Positions 54,999 through 61,653 of a stretch of DNA of 61,653 nucleotides are shown piece by piece. The position numbers were made by a program, and so were the translations under genes. Numbering within the stretch: the stretch's first letter is position 1; each line of letters begins with the position of its first letter. The stretch is from an uncultured Gammaproteobacteria bacterium (GTDB taxonomy: Bacteria > Patescibacteriota > Patescibacteriia > UBA10025 > JAHIVO01): assembly GCA_964415025.1 (NCBI GenBank), contig CAYPXF010000007.1, forward strand, positions 1 to 61,653, read 5' to 3'. The notes beneath the pieces were generated by a model that was given only the letters and a program-made list of their open reading frames with translations, did no database searches and was not told where the DNA came from.

Positions 54999-55774
54999 CG
55001 TTTGCCCAGATTAATAACTATGGAATGCAATCGTGTGTTGTTAGTTACGATAAAACGGTCATTCATATCATTCTTTTCCCCTTTACCGCAAAAGTCAGTA
55101 ATTCGGGCGCCTGCTTCCCTGGCTATTAGCTTGCCGGCTAGAAAATCGTACGGTTCGCACGCATTATTAATAATAACATCAAACGTGCCCCGAGCCAGCA
55201 AACAAAAATCCAGTGCCGGCGACCAGTTGGTCATGGCCCGCATGGACGCAAACCGCGCACGATCCAGTATTTTCAATCCCGTGGGATGATGCCGACTAAC
55301 ATCATATGAGCCGTTATACGCTACGGCCGCGCGCGGTAGTGTGGTGGTTTTACTGACACTTATTTTTCTGCCATTCATGCGCGCGCCTTTGCCGGCTTCT
55401 GCATAATACAGTTGGTTAAGTATTGGATTATATACCGTGCTGGCAATGACCGTGTCATTTCGTAATAAAGCAATAGCCACGGAAAAATATGGGATGCCCA
55501 CCACAAAGTTAAATGTCCCATCCAGAGGATCAATGATAAAGGTATATACGCTATCCTTCATATCCTGACCGCTTTCTTCGGCGATGATACCATAATCAGG
55601 AAACGATCGTCGGATAATTTTCAGAATTTCCCGTTCTGATCCCGTGTCCGCCTGCGTGCGCACGTCATGGGCTGCGGTTTTTTCGGTGATGCGTAAACTA
55701 CGGCCAAAGTATTTGGTGATAATCTTGCCGCCAGCACGTGCTGCCTGGTTCATGACGGTACCATGTCTGGTCAT
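54995..55774 (-). CDS. Inositol monophosphatase family protein (SuhB-like)
   Basis: AEE, IDPLDGTFNF, YDFLAG; ATGA overlap with the nnrE stop. Confidence 0.9.
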   Translation of the reverse strand: MTRHGTVMNQAARAGGKIITKYFGRSLRITEKTAAHDVRTQADTGSEREILKIIRRSFPDYGIIAEESGQDMKDSVYTFIIDPLDGTFNFVVGIPYFSVAIALLRNDTVIASTVYNPILNQLYYAEAGKGARMNGRKISVSKTTTLPRAAVAYNGSYDVSRHHPTGLKILDRARFASMRAMTNWSPALDFCLLARGTFDVIINNACEPYDFLAGKLIAREAGARITDFCGKGEKNDMNDRFIVTNNTRLHSIVINLGKR

Positions 55775-56469
55775 ATGCACAGCAATAAATCATCAAAGTT
55801 CGGCCGGCTATGGGCCCTCACTTTATCGTACAGCCATGACGGAATACCGATATCACCGACATATATCTTTCCACTGACCGCTTTACCCGCTTTTGTCCGG
55901 AATGCCTTTTTGGGGTACGCTAACGTCAACGTAGCTGCCGCCCGTATTGTCGGTTCATGGCACTCACCCGTCGTGCTGTCTAATCCTGACGGTATGTCAT
56001 AAGCAATAACCCTACCTGGCACCGCGTTCATTAATTCGATTACTGTTTTAAAATCACCGCGTGGCGCTCCGTGCAAATGGTATCCAATCAGCGCGTCGAC
56101 CAAAATATCAGCCGTGGCAATTGCCTGCATGGCTTTGCTTTTGACGCGCGGAAAAAAGATAATACGTGCTTTCATCTTTTGCAATAGCCCGCACTGATGT
56201 TTCGCGTCAGGACTTAACTTCCGCGAAATTAAAACCACCGTGACGTTATAGCCATGGTTTATCAAATGCCTGGCCGCGCATAATCCGTCCCCTCCCTTAT
56301 TGCCTTTGCCAGCAATGACGACTATTTTCTTATCTTTTTTTATATGCAGTGCTTTCAAAACCGCGATGCTGTGCCAGCCGGCCAGCTCCATCATCTGTCT
56401 GATAGCAAGACCGTGTTGCACAGCCAGCTTGTCCAGCCGCTCTAATTCTTTTTCTGTCGCGTAATGCAT
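55771..56469 (-). CDS. nnrE: NAD(P)HX epimerase (YjeF N-terminal domain)
   Basis: MELAG, GKGNKGGDG, VDALIG, DIPSG. Confidence 0.9.
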   Translation of the reverse strand: MHYATEKELERLDKLAVQHGLAIRQMMELAGWHSIAVLKALHIKKDKKIVVIAGKGNKGGDGLCAARHLINHGYNVTVVLISRKLSPDAKHQCGLLQKMKARIIFFPRVKSKAMQAIATADILVDALIGYHLHGAPRGDFKTVIELMNAVPGRVIAYDIPSGLDSTTGECHEPTIRAAATLTLAYPKKAFRTKAGKAVSGKIYVGDIGIPSWLYDKVRAHSRPNFDDLLLCI

Positions 56470-56501
56470 AATGCTAATTTTATCACAAAAGGCGGGAAAC
56501 C

Positions 56502-56534
56502 AAAAACCGCATGCTGAATCAGCACACGGTTTTT
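56502..56534 (-). terminator. Terminator after the class I aldolase
   Basis: AAAAACCG..TGCT..AGCA..CGGTTTTT. Confidence 0.6.
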
Positions 56535-56577
56535 ATATAAATATTAACCTAAATTACTAATCACCAATTACTAGCTA

Positions 56578-57585
56578 CTACCCCTCATACTCCCCCTTAT
56601 TCGCCACCTTGACCGCTTTCATCCGCTTGGTAAATTCTGTCTGCGCTGCATCAATATTCTCCTCTTTCCCGGCCCATACCTGTAGCGCGTCTCCCTGCAG
56701 CGCGCGTCCGTAGGAAAAACTTATGTTCCATGGTCCGGGATTAACTTTGTTAACGGCGTTTAAATTAACAGTAGCCTGCTCACCTGATTGACCGCCGGAA
56801 AGAAAGACAATACCCGGCACTTCTTCGGGTACGGCTTTTTTGAAGCAGCGAACGGTAGCTTCAGCAATTTCCTCGGGTGTTGACTGCGGTTCGAATTTCT
56901 TACTAGCCAGCACCATGCTGGATTTCAAAATAACGCCGGACAAATCGACCCGGTGTTCCCGCAGCGCGGCAAACGTCGCTTCCAGCGCCTGGGTAGTGTA
57001 TTTTTCGGCTGTGGCCAAATCATGACTGCCTTTATCATACAGTACTTCTGGTTCAACCACCGGCACGATGCCTGCTTCCTGTGACAGCGCCGCATAACGA
57101 GCCAATGCATGTGCATTAGCCTGGATGCAAAAATCCGTAGGTAAGGATTTTTCCTGGTCAATCAGGATAACAGCCCGCCATTTGGAAAAACGACAGCCGA
57201 TTGCATAATATTCGGCCAGCCGGTCGCGCAGCTTATCCAGCCCCTCGGTCACCTTTTCCCCCTCAAAAAAAGCAAGATCCTTAGCTCCTTTGTCTACCTT
57301 TATGCCAGGAATTACGCCCTTATCCTGCAGCAGCTCGACAAACGGCTTGCCGTCATCACTTTTCTGGTGAAGTGTTTCCTCAAACAGGATGACCCCGGAA
57401 ATATAATTTTCCATACCTTCAGTAGCAAGGAACACATTGCGGTATTGGCGTCTGGTCTCTTCGGTTGATTCCATGCCGATTGAATCCAGTCGTTTAGTGG
57501 CGGTCGGCGTGCTTTCGTCAGCCGCCAGCAGGCCTTTGTGGTCAGCAACCATTTGTTTGGCAATTGATTGTAATGATTCTGCCAT
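56578..57585 (-). CDS. Class I fructose-bisphosphate aldolase (glycolytic, eukaryote-like family)
   Basis: GLLAADES, GIKVDKG, FSKWR, VEPEV, LKSSMV (Schiff-base Lys), FLSGGQS, FSYGRALQ. Confidence 0.93.
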   Translation of the reverse strand: MAESLQSIAKQMVADHKGLLAADESTPTATKRLDSIGMESTEETRRQYRNVFLATEGMENYISGVILFEETLHQKSDDGKPFVELLQDKGVIPGIKVDKGAKDLAFFEGEKVTEGLDKLRDRLAEYYAIGCRFSKWRAVILIDQEKSLPTDFCIQANAHALARYAALSQEAGIVPVVEPEVLYDKGSHDLATAEKYTTQALEATFAALREHRVDLSGVILKSSMVLASKKFEPQSTPEEIAEATVRCFKKAVPEEVPGIVFLSGGQSGEQATVNLNAVNKVNPGPWNISFSYGRALQGDALQVWAGKEENIDAAQTEFTKRMKAVKVANKGEYEG

Positions 57586-57617
57586 ATGTTTTTCTTTAAT
57601 TAACTTCTTAAACTAAC

Positions 57618-58577
57618 TTAACTTAATGAATGTTTCTTAAATGCATCATGGTGCGTGGTAATATAGCGCATGGTGCCGGACAGGCCGCGCAATACCATAG
57701 AATGCGTGATAATCCGATCTTTTTGGAACACGACGCCGTCCAATAACGGTCCCTCGATAATGCCGGTAGCCGTAAAGGTCAACGTATCCCCCCGGGCCAT
57801 ATCGTCCGCGCTGTACACCTTGGATAAATCAGTAAACCCAAATGACTCGACTTTTGCTTTATGCTGGTCGTCTTTTGGCTGGAATCGGCAGTACAGCTGG
57901 CCGCCCATGATTTTTACCGGGGCCGCCGCCAGCACCGCCTCGGTGCTGCCGCCCGTGCCCAGCAGCATGTCGATTTCATTGTCCGGCATCACGGCGGCAA
58001 TTGCCGCGGCCACATCGCCGTCGGTAATCAGCCGCACGCGCGCACCGGCCGCGCGGATTTCCTTGATCAACTCCTCATGCCGCGGGCGGTCCAGTACCAC
58101 CACGGTGATCTCGCCGACATCTTTGCCGATGACTTTGGCAGTCTTGCTAATGTTATCCTTGACCGGCGCGTCAATATCGATAATACCGGCCGCTTCTCGT
58201 CCCACCGCGATCTTTTGCATGTACGTATCCGGCGCGTTTAATAATGATCCTTTTGGACCGGTGACGACTACTGAAGTCGCGTTATATCTGCCCCAGGCCA
58301 CGCTTGAGGTGCACTCCAGCGGATCCACGGCAATATCCATTTCCGGCCCACTTCCTTTACCTACCACTTCTCCGGTGTAGAGCTCTGGCGCTTCATCCTT
58401 TTCCCCTTCGCCAATGACCACAGTGCCCTTGAAATCAATTTGATTAAAACGGTCGCGCATCTCGTCCACAACCGCGCCGTCTGCTTTTTTCTTGTCCCCG
58501 CGGCCGATCCATTCTGCCGCGGCAATTGCGGCGGCCTCGGTCACCCGGACAAATTCGAGTGCTAAATTTCGATCCAT
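57618..58577 (-). CDS. glpX: Class II fructose-1,6-bisphosphatase (FBPase/SBPase)
   Basis: VRVTEAAA, IGEGEKDEAP, DPLECT, DRPRH, DGDV, GGSTEAVLAA. Confidence 0.95.
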   Translation of the reverse strand: MDRNLALEFVRVTEAAAIAAAEWIGRGDKKKADGAVVDEMRDRFNQIDFKGTVVIGEGEKDEAPELYTGEVVGKGSGPEMDIAVDPLECTSSVAWGRYNATSVVVTGPKGSLLNAPDTYMQKIAVGREAAGIIDIDAPVKDNISKTAKVIGKDVGEITVVVLDRPRHEELIKEIRAAGARVRLITDGDVAAAIAAVMPDNEIDMLLGTGGSTEAVLAAAPVKIMGGQLYCRFQPKDDQHKAKVESFGFTDLSKVYSADDMARGDTLTFTATGIIEGPLLDGVVFQKDRIITHSMVLRGLSGTMRYITTHHDAFKKHSLS

Positions 58578-58602
58578 ATTTTCTCTAATTACTTATTACC
58601 AA

Positions 58603-60456
58603 TTACTTATGACTAATACATAACAACTCTTTAACCGTTCTCACGATCGCTGCACTGTCAATACCTTCATAGGCATACAATTCCTCCTTCATCCCGCTGC
58701 GCGGCATTTTTTTGACTGCTAATGAGACAATCGGCACCCGGCTGGCCGTAAACAGCCCCTTGACCGCTTCTCCCAGTCCGCCGGCCGGATAATGGTCTTC
58801 AACAGTGATAAGCGCTCGTGTCTGGTTAGCCGCCGCTTCCAGCGTTTTAATATCAAGCGGTTTGATACTATAGCAGTCAATAACACGGATAAAAATACCC
58901 TCGGCCTGCAGTTTAGCGTAGGCAGCGAGCGCCTCATGCACAGTTAATCCAGCTCCGATAACAGCAATCGTATCATTAGTATTCTTTCGGAGCACTTTGC
59001 TGCCACCTATTTGAAATTTTTCTCCTTTTTTATACAAGATAGGCGTGGCAGGGCGCAACGTACGCAGATAAGCAATGCCCTCATGGACGGCCATAGCTGC
59101 GGTTAATTTTTCTGTGGCTGCCGCATCAGCCGGATGGAGTACCACGCTATTATGGATCGAGCGGAACATGGCAATATCTTCCAGTCCCATTTGTGAAAAT
59201 CCGTCATGGCCGATCGACACCCCGGCGTGTGATCCGACAAATTTTATATTAGCATTTGAATACGCAGCCATGCGGATCTGGTCATACGCCCGCGACCAAA
59301 AGGCGGCAAAGGTGGAGGCAAACGGGATTTTGCCACGCTGGGCCAAGCCAAGCGCTACACCAGCCATATTTTGCTCGGCAATAAACATTTCGAAAAAATG
59401 TTTGGGATTGAATTCGCCAAACGTCTGGCTATAAGTCGAGTTGCTGGTTTCTGCATCTAGCGCTACGATATGTGGGTATGTTTTTCGTAAACGAGCCAGG
59501 GCAATTCCGTATGCTTTGCGGGTAGCGAGCGCTTTTGAAGCTGTCACTGCGGGCGCCCTTTTGCTGGCTACTATCGTAGCCGGCTCTCGGCGGAGCGGCC
59601 GTTTGATTGAGCCGCGCACTGTTTCATCGATTGGATCGAGCTGTTTGACAGCTCGGACTAATTGTTTTGGTTCCAGCGACCTGCCGTGCCAATTGCTTTT
59701 ATCTTCGAGAAAGGAAACTCCTTTGCCTTTTACTGTCTTGGCGATAATCATGGCTGGCTTTCCTTTTACTTTAAGCGCTTTCGTATACGCGCGACTAATA
59801 CTGCTCATGGCATGCCCTCGGCTGGTAGTGATTACTTCCCAGCCAAACGATGCAATGCGTTTTTTATAGGCATTGATGTCATGGCCATACATGGTTTCGC
59901 CACACTGACCCAAGCGGTTAACATCAATAATGCCAATCAGATTATCTAATTTATAATACGCGGCGAGCTGGATTGCTTCCCAGACTGAACCCTCGGCCAT
60001 TTCACTATCACCTAATAAAACAAATGTGCGATACGACAGTTTATCGATATATTTCGCGTTAATGGCCATACCGACGCCAATCGACAAACCTTGGCCAAGC
60101 GAACCGGTGGCTGCTTCGGTATAGGGGAATTCCATGGCCGGATGGCCCTGGAACGGGCTGTCAAACTTACGAAGCGTCAATAGATTTTCCTCATCGATAG
60201 CAACGTCTTCGTCGGCCGCCCATAGCGCGTACAAGAGCGGTGCGGCGTGCCCTTTTGAGAAAATCAACCGGTCGTTATTCGGCAATTCTGGCTGGCGTGG
60301 ATCAAAACGGAAAAAACCGCCATACACCAGCGCGGTCATGAGGTCAGTAGCGGACAATGAAGAAGTTGGATGTCCGGAACCCGCTTCAGTCGTAGAGATT
60401 AAAACCCAATAGCGGATAAGTTTGGCTAATTTTTCTAGCTGTACATACTTGCCCAT
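58603..60456 (-). CDS. tkt: Transketolase (single-chain, short type)
   Basis: GSGHPTSSLS, KGHAAP, GSLGQG, GDSEMAEGSVWEA (TPP motif), IAEQNM, HDGFSQM. Confidence 0.95.
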   Translation of the reverse strand: MGKYVQLEKLAKLIRYWVLISTTEAGSGHPTSSLSATDLMTALVYGGFFRFDPRQPELPNNDRLIFSKGHAAPLLYALWAADEDVAIDEENLLTLRKFDSPFQGHPAMEFPYTEAATGSLGQGLSIGVGMAINAKYIDKLSYRTFVLLGDSEMAEGSVWEAIQLAAYYKLDNLIGIIDVNRLGQCGETMYGHDINAYKKRIASFGWEVITTSRGHAMSSISRAYTKALKVKGKPAMIIAKTVKGKGVSFLEDKSNWHGRSLEPKQLVRAVKQLDPIDETVRGSIKRPLRREPATIVASKRAPAVTASKALATRKAYGIALARLRKTYPHIVALDAETSNSTYSQTFGEFNPKHFFEMFIAEQNMAGVALGLAQRGKIPFASTFAAFWSRAYDQIRMAAYSNANIKFVGSHAGVSIGHDGFSQMGLEDIAMFRSIHNSVVLHPADAAATEKLTAAMAVHEGIAYLRTLRPATPILYKKGEKFQIGGSKVLRKNTNDTIAVIGAGLTVHEALAAYAKLQAEGIFIRVIDCYSIKPLDIKTLEAAANQTRALITVEDHYPAGGLGEAVKGLFTASRVPIVSLAVKKMPRSGMKEELYAYEGIDSAAIVRTVKELLCISHK

Positions 60457-60463
60457 AATGATT

Positions 60464-61096
60464 TTATGAAATTATTTTTTTCATTTTTTCCACAGTGGCA
60501 GCCGGGTCTTCAGACCCAAATATAGCGCTCCCCACGCACATGTTTTCTGCCCCGGCTTCGACGACAGACCGAATATTGTCCAGATTGATTCCTCCATCCA
60601 CACTGATAACGGCTGTCGGCATCATTTTCTTGAGCTGTTGGATACGTTCAGGCGTTTCAGGGTGGTATGCGCTTCCCTGCCAACCGGGATCAACGCCCAT
60701 GATCATATAGTGCTGTACTTTATTCTGGTACTGCATCAGCTCGGCTAGGTCCGTGCCCGGATTAATCGCTATGCCCAGGGTAAAGGCATATACACTGACT
60801 GCCTGGAGAAATGTGACCGCGTCTTCGATAACTTCAGCATGAACATAGACTCGCTTCGCGCCGATATTTTGGCAGCTGCGGAAATGCTCGGTCGGATTAT
60901 AGACCATGAGGTGTACTTCTTTTTGGGTGGGGGTGGACAGGTTAGCCGTATCCGCCACACTGACGGTAGTATTATTGACAAATGCGCCGTCAGCTATGTC
61001 GAGCTGTACCCATTCTGTCAGCTGGGCAACGGTATCCAGCTGATGCTGTAATTCATCCTTATCATTTGAAAGTAATGCTGGTATTATTTGGCGCAT
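60464..61096 (-). CDS. rpe: Ribulose-phosphate 3-epimerase
   Basis: QLDIADGAFV, EVHLM, MGVDPGWQG, SVDGG, VGSAIF. Confidence 0.93.
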   Translation of the reverse strand: MRQIIPALLSNDKDELQHQLDTVAQLTEWVQLDIADGAFVNNTTVSVADTANLSTPTQKEVHLMVYNPTEHFRSCQNIGAKRVYVHAEVIEDAVTFLQAVSVYAFTLGIAINPGTDLAELMQYQNKVQHYMIMGVDPGWQGSAYHPETPERIQQLKKMMPTAVISVDGGINLDNIRSVVEAGAENMCVGSAIFGSEDPAATVEKMKKIIS

Positions 61097-61545
61097 TATT
61101 GTTTTTGCTCCAGCAGTTTAATTTTCTTCAGCCGCCTTTGGTGCCGCTTAGCTGTACTGGCCCTGGCATTGAGCCAGACAGTAATTATTTTTGCGGCCTG
61201 TTTAAATGTGACGTAGTCAGCACCGAGACATAACACATTGGCATCATCATCCTCTCTCGACTTACGTGCCATAGTGGTATTCAATGCCTGACCGGCGCGT
61301 ATGCCTTTGATTTTATTAGCTGCTATACAGGCTCCCACACCCGAACGGCAAATAATTATGCCCCGGGCTGACCGCTTGCCTGCCACCATACGGCTGACTG
61401 CCACTGAAAAATCAGGATAATCATCTCGCGGCTGGTACGTATGATTGCCCATGTCTTCATACGGAATGCGCTGTGCCTCGAGCCAGCGTATTATCTTTTC
61501 TTTGAGACGAAATCCGCCATGATCAGCGCCAATATATACTTTCAT
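61096..61545 (-). CDS. rpiB: Ribose-5-phosphate isomerase B
   Basis: GADHGG, DYPD, CRSGVG, ANKIKGIRA, ANVLCLG, RHQRR. Confidence 0.95.
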   Translation of the reverse strand: MKVYIGADHGGFRLKEKIIRWLEAQRIPYEDMGNHTYQPRDDYPDFSVAVSRMVAGKRSARGIIICRSGVGACIAANKIKGIRAGQALNTTMARKSREDDDANVLCLGADYVTFKQAAKIITVWLNARASTAKRHQRRLKKIKLLEQKQ

Positions 61546-61653
61546 ATATTCAAATTATTGCTACTTATACTATACCTTATTTACTGAAATAATTAAACCT
61601 GTATAGTTAACAGTCAATGGTGACACTTTGGAGCACCTTTTCACGCGGGGTGA

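Noticed and set aside
57670-58380. Long antisense ORFs opposite glpX (likewise 11089-11727, 40769-41305, 35398-35964)
   Set aside because: Opposite well-conserved genes, no recognisable motifs; expected by-product of codon bias
1-61653. Alternative genetic code 25 (UGA = Gly)
   Set aside because: TGA acts as a stop in ATGA overlaps (15593-15596, 55771-55774), and conserved genes are full length under code 11

Overview
Core chromosomal segment of a Candidate Phyla Radiation (Patescibacteria, probably Parcubacteria/ABY1-like) bacterium using genetic code 11. The taxon call is inference from: no rpmD between rpsE and rplO, a GAD-less AspRS, a CPR-type pilin, C39-like surface peptidases, ribosomal proteins with charged extensions, and mostly SD-less starts. 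Almost all genes are on the minus strand; only dnaB-ybaB-recR and rpmB are on plus. Content in order: surface/peptidase genes (1-6.5 kb); an attenuator-led M14 deacylase + ATP-grasp-like ligase operon (6.6-9.1 kb); tRNA-Glu; gap-fba-tpiA; scpAB; aspS/asnS; a P-type ATPase; a pilin; a tRNA-Lys/GIY-YIG duplication; dnaB-ybaB-recR; the str-S10-spc ribosomal cluster (33-49 kb); uppS; a mutY-like gene; an unannotated histone-H1-like microprotein; and an rpiB-rpe-tkt-glpX-class I aldolase operon. No rRNA, CRISPR array, integrase, transposase or prophage was seen. Two candidate undescribed systems stand out. (1) A 392-bp tRNA-targeted unit carrying only a GIY-YIG nuclease. Its duplicated tRNA-Lys copy is interrupted by two GC-rich hairpin insertions, and a similar hairpin interrupts a partial copy of tRNA-Glu elsewhere in the window. 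(2) A TrpL-like leader peptide (MNNTQAQMYCYHWFVTS) with a complete 1:2/2:3/3:4 attenuator placed in front of a deacylase/amide-ligase pair rather than amino-acid biosynthesis genes. All family calls come from motif recognition by eye; no database searches were run.
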